Of a stretch of 64,000 nucleotides of DNA, positions 9,261 to 18,597 are shown piece after piece; position 1 is the first letter of the stretch, and every line of letters begins with the position of its first letter. Under the pieces are notes generated by a model. It had not been told where the DNA came from and ran no database searches. It saw only the letters and a program-made list of their open reading frames with translations. A program made the translations under genes and the position numbers. The DNA is from a virus, in IMG/VR virus record IMGVR_UViG_2917587430_000001, positions 25,228 to 89,227 of that record; one strand, 5' to 3'.

Positions 9261-10404
9261 CAGACACCTCCAGAGACACACGAATTAGCTGCCCTGACTC
9301 ATAGCGCACTTCCCAATGTGGGTTTTGGTCTACTAGCCACTTCACCTGGTTAGGGTCAGCCGGGTAAGTCGGGCCGCCCTTGAGCCGACGCTCCAGTGCA
9401 GCAAACAAGTCCTCTAACCGATTCTCGTCATAAAGTCTGTTGAGGTTTTGACTTGCCTGCTGCCACTCCTCAAGCTGGCGGTCACGGAGTGCTGCATCAG
9501 GAGTTTTTCCAGGTTTAACTTTGGATGGGGACTTCTTTAGTCCTGATTCAATTTCATACTCTTCATAAAACCTAGAACCATCGTTTTGAATCTTGGTAAG
9601 AGCGTAGTCTTCTATCGAATCAATTTTTTTTCTTTGGGATTTGACTCTGCGGGTGCTGTAGTCCTCTGTACGTTTGAGCATGTAGTTCCAGAACTCTGGA
9701 AGATCTTTTTGTAGAGACTCAATGGTGGCCGCACTCCATTGATAAGAGGTGGTATCAACAGAACGGGAAATACTCTTTGTTCCTTCTGGCTCGGAATTTG
9801 AAGTTTTTTTAACACCTTTCTCTCTCTCAGTTTTTAAACCGATCTGATTTAAAGATCTAGAAAGATCTATAGGAGAGCCGGAGTCCTTGCTGCTACTGAC
9901 TTCTAGAGGTTGAGGTGTCAAATTTAGCTGACAAAGTGTCAAATCCTCTGTAGAAGAGTCGGCTTTTTTTGACACCGTGTCAGAAGAGTTTGACACTTGA
10001 TCATCATCAGGGGTGTCAAATTTTTTTGACACCTGTCGGGATTTTTTGACACTTAAGTTTCGTCCTCTCCATTTCTCAATCCTGAAACTCCAAAGTCCAG
10101 CAGACTCAATTTCTGCTTGGGCTGTGTTGATGCTTTGCCTGGTAACACCAAGCCTTAGAGCAAGCTCTCCTTGGTTTGGCATATCAATGTAGCGATCGCC
10201 AAATGGATATAGTGCATTCAGGTAATTGAGCAACCGGTATGAGGTTTTAGATAGGTTCGCGTCCGTTGCCTTAATCAATGCCTCACAAAGATTTTGGCAA
10301 TACAATTCAGCTTCAATTACTGCCTGTTCTTGCGCCTTGAAATCCTCTAAAACGGTTTCTTCCCACGCCTGTTTATCTGCCTCGGAGCTAAACTTTCTAG
10401 GCAT
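9244..10404 (-). CDS. Putative replication initiator (lambda O/replisome-organiser type, N-terminal wHTH)
   Basis: wHTH (LSKTSYRLLNYL...PNQGELALRLGVTRQSINTAQAEIESAGL), low-complexity linker carrying internal repeats, position downstream of the switch. Confidence 0.7.
   Translation of the reverse strand: MPRKFSSEADKQAWEETVLEDFKAQEQAVIEAELYCQNLCEALIKATDANLSKTSYRLLNYLNALYPFGDRYIDMPNQGELALRLGVTRQSINTAQAEIESAGLWSFRIEKWRGRNLSVKKSRQVSKKFDTPDDDQVSNSSDTVSKKADSSTEDLTLCQLNLTPQPLEVSSSKDSGSPIDLSRSLNQIGLKTEREKGVKKTSNSEPEGTKSISRSVDTTSYQWSAATIESLQKDLPEFWNYMLKRTEDYSTRRVKSQRKKIDSIEDYALTKIQNDGSRFYEEYEIESGLKKSPSKVKPGKTPDAALRDRQLEEWQQASQNLNRLYDENRLEDLFAALERRLKGGPTYPADPNQVKWLVDQNPHWEVRYESGQLIRVSLEVSDAGDF
9915..10052. 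repeat. Iteron-like TGACAC/GTGTCA cluster, candidate replication origin
   Basis: Eight exact copies (9915, 9936, 9970, 9977, 9991, 10013, 10027, 10047) plus one near-copy, flanked by A/T tracts, inside the rep gene. Confidence 0.7.
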
Positions 10405-10553
10405 CGCTGCTCACCTCCTCAAAGGTGACAGCAACATCTAGAACATCTTGTTCCGACAGGACTAGTTGATTGGTCAGCTTTAATTCATGTGTCATAATTG
10501 AAGCAAGTATTCGATAAACAACAAAACCCCGAACTGTTGACGCAGTTGCGGGG

Positions 10554-10817
10554 TTATTTTTTTGCCAAAGCCTTAGATTCAAGGACTTCCGCAATCAATT
10601 CCTTGAGTAAGGAATCTTTGTATTGTTGCCATTCACCTCTGGGGTTTAACCATTCGGCTTTGACAATTTGTGCGATCGCATATCCCGCACTCTGCAAGTC
10701 TTCCAAAGCATCTTCCAGGTATCTGTAATTGCCTCTAAGCTGCTGTGGATTGCTCCACAAAGCAGACCTTAAAAGCAACCGAAATTCAGTTGGTTGGATG
10801 TCTGGAAGCGTGTGCAT
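10554..10817 (-). CDS. Hypothetical protein
   Basis: ORF in the leftward operon. Confidence 0.5.
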   Translation of the reverse strand: MHTLPDIQPTEFRLLLRSALWSNPQQLRGNYRYLEDALEDLQSAGYAIAQIVKAEWLNPRGEWQQYKDSLLKELIAEVLESKALAKK

Positions 10818-10867
10818 AGTGCGGAAATGATGAGGTGAATAAAGTGAGCTTTATATCCACTTGCGAT

Positions 10868-10891
10868 CTCAACGAGATCCCCGCAAGGGGT
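10868..10891 (+). repeat. 24-nt SDR5-like element inserted in a HIP1 site
   Basis: GCGAT[CTCAACGAGATCCCCGCAAGGGGT]CGC; removing the insert restores GCGATCGC. Confidence 0.7.
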
Positions 10892-11081
10892 CGCTCGTTA
10901 ACCCAACCAAGTTTTGAAACTCGGCGCGTTGAGCTTCGGGAATTTCAGATAAGATTGCGACTGCCCGACCTTGAAGCCTGCGGCAGTAGGAAGGCATCGC
11001 AGGATTCAGGGCCGCAAGCTTGCAATAGAAGCGGTAGCTATCCGCGTGGGCAGATAGCCAAGAGTTGGGTTTGACAGGCAT
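10869..11081 (-). CDS. Small hypothetical protein
   Basis: Starts 3 bp after the upstream stop; the product is not recognised. Confidence 0.35.
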   Translation of the reverse strand: MPVKPNSWLSAHADSYRFYCKLAALNPAMPSYCRRLQGRAVAILSEIPEAQRAEFQNLVGLTSDPLRGSR

Positions 11082-11084
11082 TCG

Positions 11085-11426
11085 TCATCTCCCCAGCGCT
11101 TTGTAGACGACTTCAAACGCTGGTGGGGAAGATTCTGTCTGGTAGTAAAGTTTTAGGGATTGAAGCCACTCTAAGTCGAGCTTGGCGATCGCCGCTAACT
11201 TGGGCAGCAATGCCATAATTACAGCGTGATTTTCAGGAACGGGAAGCCGCTCATTCTCAAGCTTTGAGAGCCACACAAAATCAACTTGAAGTTGAGCTGC
11301 AAACTCTCTCTGAGAAAGCCTTAATTTCCTACGGGCATTTTTAAAAGTTCGGTTGATTGTAACGGCGTTTTGTGCCGAACAATCCTGACGAGCACCATCG
11401 TCAGGTGATACAAATAGAGTATCCAT
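11085..11426 (-). CDS. XRE-family HTH regulator
   Basis: FKNARRKLRLSQREFAAQLQVDFVWLSKLENE. Confidence 0.8.
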   Translation of the reverse strand: MDTLFVSPDDGARQDCSAQNAVTINRTFKNARRKLRLSQREFAAQLQVDFVWLSKLENERLPVPENHAVIMALLPKLAAIAKLDLEWLQSLKLYYQTESSPPAFEVVYKALGR

Positions 11427-11544
11427 CGCAATTTTTTCCTTTTGCGTGTGGGTTTGCACAATGTGCCTGTCAGCTTGGGGAAGTAGGCGGCACAGCATTT
11501 TGAAGAGGGGCGACGCATTGGTAGTGCGATCGCCTCTCTGCTAT

Positions 11545-11805
11545 TCAGGCATTGTCAGGCTGGGCTTTAAATTGCTTGAACCGTTCCAGCATTGCTTGAA
11601 GCTGTTCGGGGTCAAGGTTTTTTTCTGCCTCTGCCTGCATGAAGATAGCCAAGTCAATCCAATCCTGCATTGTTAATGCTTCGCCATACAAAGTCGGCGA
11701 AAGAGCGGATTGTGCTTTAGCCAGAATGTGTGTTTTATTCGAGACGTAAGGGCGTTTGGAAGTAGACACTTCTTGCCCAATGTTAAGAACTAGAGTTTGA
11801 GGCAT
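11545..11805 (-). CDS. Hypothetical protein, first gene of the leftward early operon
   Basis: Divergent from 11924. Confidence 0.45.
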   Translation of the reverse strand: MPQTLVLNIGQEVSTSKRPYVSNKTHILAKAQSALSPTLYGEALTMQDWIDLAIFMQAEAEKNLDPEQLQAMLERFKQFKAQPDNA

Positions 11806-11824
11806 GGTATTTTTTGCCGTATGA

Positions 11825-11882
11825 GTGTCTTAGACACCTTAGACACCTTAACAAAAAATAGACTATTTGGACACTTTAGACA
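11825..11882. promoter_or_regulatory. Operator-like repeats in the divergent promoter region
   Basis: Palindrome GTGTCTTAGACAC (11825-11837) plus further (T)TAGACAC/GGACAC half-sites. Confidence 0.55.
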
Positions 11883-11923
11883 AGAGTTGGGTAATCTTAA
11901 GTAAGATTCGGGAAATCAACGAA

Positions 11924-12286
11924 ATGAAGATTGTTGCGGTAGATGTGTCTGAGGCGCAAATCACTTACACCCCGGAAGGGATTCAACGCTTGGCAAAGGC
12001 AATTAAAGCCACGCTGAAGCTGCGCGGCTGGTCAGAACGAGAACTTCATCGCCAGATGCAAGCCGCAGGTTCTACGATCGCCCTTGGCACAGTTAACCGC
12101 TATGCCAAAGGTCGTCCAATCAACCCTAAAAACGAGGTGCTAAGGGAAATTGCTCCGTTTATTTATCGGGTTGTCAGCATTGACGGAGATAGCGTTGAAG
12201 TTGATCCATCTCGAACTTATGCAGATGACTGGATTGCGTTTGCCAAGATCGGCTCAACTGAGTTTTCTAACTCGAATTCCCATTGA
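11924..12286 (+). CDS. HTH repressor-like protein (CI-like position)
   Basis: LKLRGWSERELHRQMQ...ALGTVNRYAKG XRE-like HTH; divergent from the early operon. Confidence 0.65.
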   Translation: MKIVAVDVSEAQITYTPEGIQRLAKAIKATLKLRGWSERELHRQMQAAGSTIALGTVNRYAKGRPINPKNEVLREIAPFIYRVVSIDGDSVEVDPSRTYADDWIAFAKIGSTEFSNSNSH

Positions 12287-12514
12287 GTCAATAGCCAGGT
12301 GCGTATCTGGCACTTCAACATCTTCAATTAGCGCTGCTAACTCCAAAAAATCTTGGTCTACGAAATCTTTTCCCGCTTCAACTGCTTCGTTTGCCGTTTG
12401 GTAGGTCGCCCAGTCTGTATAGGACTGGAAATCATCGGGGGAGAAGCAATGTGCTTCGTATCCTTGGCAAATGGGTACAGCGAAGATTAACCAGCCTCGA
12501 TACAGTATGAACAC
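12254..12514 (-). CDS. Hypothetical protein, paralogue of the C-terminal part of 30524..30952
   Basis: Shared YRGW...C.SP...DW..Y.....A..AG...D pattern. Confidence 0.5.
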   Translation of the reverse strand: MFILYRGWLIFAVPICQGYEAHCFSPDDFQSYTDWATYQTANEAVEAGKDFVDQDFLELAALIEDVEVPDTHLAIDSMGIRVRKLS

Positions 12515-12592
12515 GCAAACCTGATGGAGATACCAGCGATCTTTTCTAGTTGTAGCTTGCAGCTTTAAGGTTTGACTCCGTGTTTTTGCGGG

Positions 12593-12781
12593 TTATTGGG
12601 TACGCGATAACCAACCTTCAAGAAGTTCCTGTACGACTTCTGAGATTTCCCTATCCTCTTGAAAGCAACGGATTTTCATGTCTGTATATACTTTTTTGGT
12701 GATATAAGCCGAAATTTGAACGTAATTAGGGTCTGACTTTTTTCCTCTAGGTCTACCCGGTTTGCGTCTCGGCTTATTCAT
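12593..12781 (-). CDS. Ribbon-helix-helix (ParG/CopG-like) protein
   Basis: GRPRGKKSDPNYVQISAYI...EISEVVQELLEGW, typical of cyanobacterial plasmid RHH proteins. Confidence 0.7.
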   Translation of the reverse strand: MNKPRRKPGRPRGKKSDPNYVQISAYITKKVYTDMKIRCFQEDREISEVVQELLEGWLSRTQ

Positions 12782-12944
12782 TCGGTCTACACGTTGAACT
12801 CTTCAGCATTTCAGCGTGTCAGACTGTCAGCCCATTGGCTTATCGCGATTCTGAATTTCTAGACTTTCGCATACGCGAAAAATAAAAGCCCCACCAGTGG
12901 CGGGGCTTAAGCATCTACTGCTGTTAGTGTTCCCTCGGTCAAGT

Positions 12945-14024
12945 TTAGGAAGCGATCGCCTCCTGAACTTTGACTTCCTCCTTGCCCTGCATCTCTTTTG
13001 CGGTGGAGATGAACTCAGCCCGCATTTTGGGTGTGGGCTTTGTGGAGTAGGTGTTTAAGATTTTCTCAAGGCAGTGTTCGGCGTAGGACAGTTCTGAATC
13101 TTCACTGGGTGGCTCTAGCGGAAGTTCAGAAATCTGCTCGACCATTTCGATTCGCTTGCCATCATCCCAGCCCTGAGCTTCCAGGAACTTACCAATGGTG
13201 CGGTTGCGGGAGTTGGCTTTCTGGAAGTTTTTGAAGCGGGGCACGCCGCGTCTGCGTCCTCGTTTTGGCGAGGCAGTTTCAGTTTCTTCGGCTTGCAGTT
13301 CGGGGGGTGTCTCAACTTTGCCATTCGTAGCGATTGGCGCAGCGGTCTCTCCTAAGCCCATCAGCATCGCCTTCTGTTGGGCAATGATTTGCTGAGTCTG
13401 AGTTTGAACCCAATAATCAACCCAGGCGGCGATCGCCTCTTCTGTGGCTTTGTAGCTGCCTGTGTCGGGGTCGAAAGCAACGAGCTGCCCCAAGGATTGA
13501 ATTTGAGCTGCAATTTGTTCAAGCGGCTGGTGGCTGCGCTCTGCGTAGGGGGCTAGAGTTTTGAGAGTCGGGATGGTTAACGGTATTGCTGATTGAACTG
13601 TCTTAGACGTATTAGACGGAGCAGGGGCGATCGCCTGTTGGTCCTGAAGAGTTGCTGTTGCCATATTTACAAGTTCCAAACTTTTGATTTCTAGTTTAAG
13701 TGGATCTTGCAAAACTAGTTCAGGCAGGCGGGTAGCAGCGCTATAAATCAGGTCGTTTTCGCAGTAAAAGGCAATCGAGCTAGCGGCGCAAATATACCAG
13801 GCTTGCAGGCGCAAATCGACCAGGTTAGCTTCAATTACTGCCCTGAATTCAGCGGAGAAAATAACAATCAAACCCCGGTCTAACCCACTGAGAAATAGAG
13901 AGCAACCTCCCAAAACTTTAGGAAACTCAGCCTGATATCGGGCAACTCGAAAGGTGTCGAGTTCTCCCAGGTCGAGCTGGTCTAGCTCTGGAGTAAAGTT
14001 TGGTTCGGGGGGTGTGGGTTCCAT
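12945..14024 (-). CDS. Hypothetical protein (359 aa)
   Basis: Long ORF with backbone-like composition. Confidence 0.6.
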   Translation of the reverse strand: MEPTPPEPNFTPELDQLDLGELDTFRVARYQAEFPKVLGGCSLFLSGLDRGLIVIFSAEFRAVIEANLVDLRLQAWYICAASSIAFYCENDLIYSAATRLPELVLQDPLKLEIKSLELVNMATATLQDQQAIAPAPSNTSKTVQSAIPLTIPTLKTLAPYAERSHQPLEQIAAQIQSLGQLVAFDPDTGSYKATEEAIAAWVDYWVQTQTQQIIAQQKAMLMGLGETAAPIATNGKVETPPELQAEETETASPKRGRRRGVPRFKNFQKANSRNRTIGKFLEAQGWDDGKRIEMVEQISELPLEPPSEDSELSYAEHCLEKILNTYSTKPTPKMRAEFISTAKEMQGKEEVKVQEAIAS

Positions 14025-14068
14025 AGGTATGTGTGCGAACTGCGATCGCCCTATAGTTCCTACGGTAT

Positions 14069-14452
14069 CTACAAGCCTGTCCTGGAGCCGTTTCGCCCTC
14101 CTAGCACGGCATCTCCTGTCCCGGGTTTGCGATTCTGACCTCCCAGCACAGCATCTCCAGCTTGGGGGTGAGGATCAAACATAGACGGACGATTATTCTG
14201 TTCGATCGCCTCCTTAAGCTGCCTCAAAAGCTTTTCCCCATGAACCGCTCGAAAATAGTGCAGTCCACCTAGTTGGTTGCGGTAGCGATGCAGCATTTTC
14301 TCTAAAAAGGCTAACTGCTTCTCTGTCAGCGACTTTTCCGGTTCCTCAATGGCGATCGCTGCCATGTGACGGGCAAATCGCTTCTCATAGCTCCCAGGCA
14401 GGAAAACGCAGCCTGCGAGAGCCTTTGATACTTCAAGCTGTGCTGGTGTCAT
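14069..14452 (-). CDS. Hypothetical protein
   Basis: Operon gene; C-terminal GDAVLGG duplication. Confidence 0.55.
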   Translation of the reverse strand: MTPAQLEVSKALAGCVFLPGSYEKRFARHMAAIAIEEPEKSLTEKQLAFLEKMLHRYRNQLGGLHYFRAVHGEKLLRQLKEAIEQNNRPSMFDPHPQAGDAVLGGQNRKPGTGDAVLGGRNGSRTGL

Positions 14453-14732
14453 GGCGATCGCTCCTCCAGTGCGCCCAGTCCAAAGGGGTAAAACCTTTGA
14501 TATTCCAAACTAATGCAATACTGCATTGATGAAAACTGAGTTCGTAATCTAGCTGCTCTTCCACAGCGTAGGCAATGTTCTGTAGCCGTCTATCAAGCAA
14601 TTCGTTTGCGGTGTCCCAGATAAATGGGTCTTCCAAAGAAATGTTCTGACCCTCAAGAATTGTCTTTTGCTCATAGATTGCAGATGCCAAAGCTGCAATG
14701 GCGTTTTTATATTGTGGACTCCAATCAGTCAT
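14433..14732 (-). CDS. Hypothetical protein
   Basis: Operon gene. Confidence 0.5.
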   Translation of the reverse strand: MTDWSPQYKNAIAALASAIYEQKTILEGQNISLEDPFIWDTANELLDRRLQNIAYAVEEQLDYELSFHQCSIALVWNIKGFTPLDWAHWRSDRHDTSTA

Positions 14733-14776
14733 AGGCGATCGCCCAAAGTATTCGAACTGGAGACCTAAACACCAAT

Positions 14777-15748
14777 CTAATTCGCTTGCTGTCTACAATT
14801 CTCCCAATAGACTTGAGCAGCAAGGTTGCATTCTAAAATTTTTTGAGGATCTATCATGCAAGGTGGAGATACAGCTAGGTGGGAAACGTGGAGCTTCAAC
14901 ACAGGACTACTCAGCCCATCCATACCAACTTTTTCAAAAAAAATCTTCTTCCGAATACACCACTCATTTAATTTGACTATAGTTTCAAGGTCTTGCAGTC
15001 TAGTTGACCAGTAGTATGCAAGAGCATGAGGTCTTGGAAATCCATTTTGTTGATCCACAAATTTCATGGTTTCAATCATCGGAATTCCTGTGCCGGTATG
15101 TAGAAAGTCGTTTAGGAGTCGATGGACAAGAGCATACGCTTCTGGATCAAGGGTTGCTGCATGTCTTTCGAGAATATGTTCCGCTCTAGAACGAAACTCC
15201 TTGTCGTTCTGTTCCAACCATTTCCACCAGGTTCGAGGCGGAGCAACATTTGGTTGACTATCTAAGTCAAGACACATTCTTATTGCATCAATTGATTCCA
15301 GGGAAAATAACTGTTCTACCGTTAACGGTGGTGGTGTTTGCGGGACGTGACGGTTAGAAGGGTCGTTCCATAGAGCGATTAGCAACGGTGGAAGGGTTTG
15401 AGGAACAGATTCATAGAAAGCACTGTTCCAAAATCTAATGATTAATCCGACCAGTCTTGCCACATCTTCATAGGCGGCAACTTGAAGTGGCAGTGTCCTG
15501 CGTTGCTCTTGTCGCCGAATTAACTGATCCACAAAAACGATCGTTACGACAATACCCATTACCTCAGTGAATGCGTTTAACCCAAACTCTGACCATCCTG
15601 GGACACCTATCTTCCAAATCAGAAGACAGATAGTAGCTAGGACTATAAGCGGAACTGTCAGTTCACGGGTTTCTACAATTGGTGTCGCAAGAAGTTTTAG
15701 CCAGTCTTTAACGCTCAACAATGTGTGCCTCAAAAACCTTCTGAGCAT
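14777..15748 (-). CDS. AT-rich accessory membrane protein (two N-terminal TM segments)
   Basis: Hydrophobic segments LTVPLIVLATICLLIW and GIVVTIVFVD; compositionally foreign. Confidence 0.65.
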   Translation of the reverse strand: MLRRFLRHTLLSVKDWLKLLATPIVETRELTVPLIVLATICLLIWKIGVPGWSEFGLNAFTEVMGIVVTIVFVDQLIRRQEQRRTLPLQVAAYEDVARLVGLIIRFWNSAFYESVPQTLPPLLIALWNDPSNRHVPQTPPPLTVEQLFSLESIDAIRMCLDLDSQPNVAPPRTWWKWLEQNDKEFRSRAEHILERHAATLDPEAYALVHRLLNDFLHTGTGIPMIETMKFVDQQNGFPRPHALAYYWSTRLQDLETIVKLNEWCIRKKIFFEKVGMDGLSSPVLKLHVSHLAVSPPCMIDPQKILECNLAAQVYWENCRQQAN

Positions 15749-15891
15749 GTGTAGAGCCTTGCTTTATAGTAGATATTCCTTTGATTTTAGCTAAGTAGCA
15801 TTCAGCCTGTATTGATTCTGATGAAGGATGCAAAATGGCTAACTTATTCATGTTTTGCCATTATGTTCAACCTTCTCGTACCAGTCATTGA

Positions 15892-16917
15892 CTAAATCAA
15901 TCCAGCTAGCAGGTCAGTCATCTCCCCTTGAGCATTCTTGCGGTTGTCATCATACTTAAGCAGCGTGTCTAGGTTGGAATGTCGGCTCAACTTTTGCACC
16001 GATCTAACATTGCCATCGCTCTGGTCTAGGGCTGCTGTGATACCGCTGTGGCGGCACCGGTGCGGCGAGAAAATCTTCTTAATGCCTGCCTTCTCTGCAA
16101 ACTCATACCTGACCAAGTAATACAATCCATCGCCAGTTAACCGATGTCCAAAGTGGGCACGGTCAACGGCAATAAATAGCGGTGAGCGAGGTTCATAGGG
16201 GCTGCGTTCCTGACGTGCTTCTAGCCAGTCGGCGATCGCCTCAGAACCTAAACTGCTAATTGAAATCTTCTCTTTCTGAGTTCCCTTGCCCTTACCCAGA
16301 ATGGATAGACTGCGGGTGTCTGGGTCAAAGTCGCCCGTGTCAGCAGCGCAGATTTCATTGCGGCGCAGAACGTTGTCCCACAGCAGCCGAAGCAATGCAT
16401 AATCTCGCTTGCCTTTGAGGGTAGAGCGATCAGGAATTTCAAACAGACGCTTGAATGCATCAGACTCAATGCCTGTAGTATCTCGATAAGACGTGACCTT
16501 TTCAGATTGAACTTCTTCTAAGCTCCAACTGCATTTTCCAATCTTCTGAGCATACTTGACCAACGCTTTAACCGCTGAGATACGAGTATTCACAGTCGAT
16601 TCAGCTTTACCTTGCTCCATCAGATGGGCTTTGTACCCTAGAACAAGTTGAATGGCAGTGAATCGCTCAAGCTTCAGAAATTGCTCAATCAGTTGCGGTG
16701 AGGGTTCTTGGTTAGCAATGTGTTGAAAGAACATCGCCAGCCCCTTAGCGTAGGTGCGGCGAGTGTTAGGGCTGCGTTTATCCCTTAGCAATTCCTCCAT
16801 AATGTCTCGGTCAACAATCTGGATGAAGGGACTTGAAGCAGCAGTTTTAACTAAATTCGTTGCCACGTCAGGAGGCTCCATAAGTACTGGTAGTACTAAA
16901 GTTCCACCATGCCGCAA
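15892..16917 (-). CDS. Tyrosine recombinase (XerC-like, cyanobacterial plasmid/phage type)
   Basis: Catalytic R (LRRNE), K (LGKG), HxxR (HRCRH), H (SRH) and Y (LKYD). Confidence 0.92.
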   Translation of the reverse strand: MRHGGTLVLPVLMEPPDVATNLVKTAASSPFIQIVDRDIMEELLRDKRSPNTRRTYAKGLAMFFQHIANQEPSPQLIEQFLKLERFTAIQLVLGYKAHLMEQGKAESTVNTRISAVKALVKYAQKIGKCSWSLEEVQSEKVTSYRDTTGIESDAFKRLFEIPDRSTLKGKRDYALLRLLWDNVLRRNEICAADTGDFDPDTRSLSILGKGKGTQKEKISISSLGSEAIADWLEARQERSPYEPRSPLFIAVDRAHFGHRLTGDGLYYLVRYEFAEKAGIKKIFSPHRCRHSGITAALDQSDGNVRSVQKLSRHSNLDTLLKYDDNRKNAQGEMTDLLAGLI

Positions 16918-16932
16918 GTTGATGTTAAAGTC

Positions 16933-16964
16933 TAGCTACTGATAATAAAAGTTTCCGGTAGCTA
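16933..16964. other. Candidate recombination (lox/dif-like) site
   Basis: TAGCTACTGATAA-TAAAAG-TTTCCGGTAGCTA: 13-bp imperfect inverted arms, 6-bp spacer, just upstream of the recombinase. Confidence 0.5.
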
Positions 16965-17044
16965 AAATCAGCCATGTCTCAAGTTGTACTCTGCGACCTC
17001 TGCGGCAAGTCCTGTCAGAGGTGATGTGTTCTGTGATATCTGCC

Positions 17045-17316
17045 AAGCTTCCTGCTACGAGAAACATCGGAAGTTTCAATCCCAGTGGAAGACTTCGGAT
17101 GATTCAACAACTGAGACTGAGGTGTGCGATCGCTGTGTTAGGTCAAGGTTAAAGCCGCTAATCAAGCTTGAAACGGTGGCTGCTGTAAATGGCGATCGCC
17201 CAAAGCTGTTCAAAGGTTACTACAAGGCCTTTAGCCTGCCAAGCTCCTTAGAACTTTGCACTCAAACAGATAATTCTCAAATGCATACCTCTATGAACAG
17301 GTTGAGGCGGCACAAC
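17045..17316 (-). repeat. attI-platform repeat, copy A (5' part)
   Basis: Reverse complement aligns with 35248-35490 (GTTGTGCC.CCTCAACCTGTTCATAGAGGTATGCATTTGA...). Confidence 0.85.
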
Positions 17317-17395
17317 GGCGACATTCACCGGCTGCCAGCAACCTTTCAATCCTAGCCGATCGCTCTCCACAGTCCGGTGCAATGAAGGGTTAGGA
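17310..17395 (-). other. attC site
   Basis: TCCTAAC-CCTTCATTGCACCGGAC...GCAGCCGGTGAATGTCGCC-GTTGTGC. Confidence 0.85.
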
Positions 17396-17412
17396 TGCGG
17401 CAATTCACCAAA

Positions 17413-17850
17413 CTACATTTGGTCATACCCTGAAATGCCCTTCCTCTTACAAAACTGTACTGGATGCAGCAAGTATTCCCGTAACTCCGGATCTTCGTTG
17501 ATGTCTGTGAAACCCTTGATAATTTTGATGTGTGGAAGCGCAGCAACAACATCCTCAAAGACAGCGTTAGCCTCACGGTTGAAGGCAATGCATACCTGTT
17601 GCTGCCAAAGAGAAGGGAGCATTTGATACACGGGATTAAGATATGAGGAGTACCAGCTACCAAGATTTGTAATCTTCTGTATAAGCTCCTCAGATAAACC
17701 GAGTTTTTTTATGTCTTCAAGATTCAAGTAATGATTCCGTTCTTTATCAATCAACTCGCAAGAATAGTCATAGAGAGAGAACGTCAAGGTTTTATGTTCT
17801 TTCACGTAGCTTCTGGTTCTAAACAGAGGTATCAGAATTTTAACCTTCAA
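17413..17850 (-). CDS. Gene cassette: hypothetical protein
   Basis: Lies between two attC sites; TTG start. Confidence 0.65.
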   Translation of the reverse strand: MKVKILIPLFRTRSYVKEHKTLTFSLYDYSCELIDKERNHYLNLEDIKKLGLSEELIQKITNLGSWYSSYLNPVYQMLPSLWQQQVCIAFNREANAVFEDVVAALPHIKIIKGFTDINEDPELREYLLHPVQFCKRKGISGYDQM

Positions 17851-17877
17851 GACTATTCTTCTTACCAGGACACAGCA

Positions 17878-17964
17878 GCCTAACGATCGCGTTCAGCGGC
17901 TGCAAATAATATCGAACTCAGCACCAAAAGCTGTCCTCATTCCGTTGCAACGCACTGGTTAGGT
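17878..17964 (-). other. attC site
   Basis: ACCTAAC-CAGTGCGTTGCAACGG...GCCGCTGAACGCGATC-GTTAGGC; the upstream gene's stop lies in the inverse core. Confidence 0.9.
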
Positions 17965-18552
17965 TGCATTCCTCTGCCCCTGCTTGAGAACCCACAACAA
18001 CCCTGTTCCTTGAATCATGCCTGCTACTATTCCTCCTCTAATAGCAGCCCGCAGCCAATCAGAGCTCTCAGGAATTGTGGGATTATTAAAGAAGGCTGGT
18101 GATGCCAAAATTTGGATTAGCAGAAAGCTAGGAAGGCTGATACTGGCAGCAAGAGAGTCGATAACAATTAGCAACTGCGCTTGGCGATACCTCCTAAGTA
18201 CAAGGTATTGCCCACAGCCAAGCAAAGCACCACTGACAGCGTAGCCAATGCTGAGATTCAACTGTAAAGGTAGGGGTTCGGCAAACAGAAAAACACTGGA
18301 CAATACAAACCCCAACCAGAGACATAAAACGCCCCCAAGAGCTGTAACAGGAATCCACCAGACTGCTTGTCTTAATCTTTGACGAAGGACGAACCATTGC
18401 AAAATACCTAGCAGAAGCGATCCGGTAAAAATGCAGTGACGCAGATCAGAAAGGGGCAAGTTCAGGCTTGCATAGACGGGTAAGACAAAGCCCAACAAGG
18501 TTGTAATTACCCACAGAACTAAAAAGTACCAATAAGGGCGTTGCCTAACCAT
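17959..18552 (-). CDS. Gene cassette: multi-TM membrane protein
   Basis: Repeated G..QW/Y.VLR helices; TAA lies inside attC R''. Confidence 0.75.
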   Translation of the reverse strand: MVRQRPYWYFLVLWVITTLLGFVLPVYASLNLPLSDLRHCIFTGSLLLGILQWFVLRQRLRQAVWWIPVTALGGVLCLWLGFVLSSVFLFAEPLPLQLNLSIGYAVSGALLGCGQYLVLRRYRQAQLLIVIDSLAASISLPSFLLIQILASPAFFNNPTIPESSDWLRAAIRGGIVAGMIQGTGLLWVLKQGQRNAT

Positions 18553-18597
18553 ATATCGCGCCTAGTTAAAAGCAATTGCTGAACAACAACTTCTGCG

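Noticed and set aside
10835-11081. ncRNA in the GC-rich hairpin region
   Set aside because: It is explained by a coupled small ORF plus the 24-nt HIP1 insert.
15892-16917. Tyrosine recombinase as the integron integrase for the cassettes
   Set aside because: It lacks the IntI-type N-terminus and the IntI-specific insertion before HxxR, and resembles generic cyanobacterial XerC-like recombinases.
16984-17355. 123-aa ORF (and 19499..19786) as real genes
   Set aside because: They are antisense readings of the platform repeat; frames are not conserved between copies and they run into attC.
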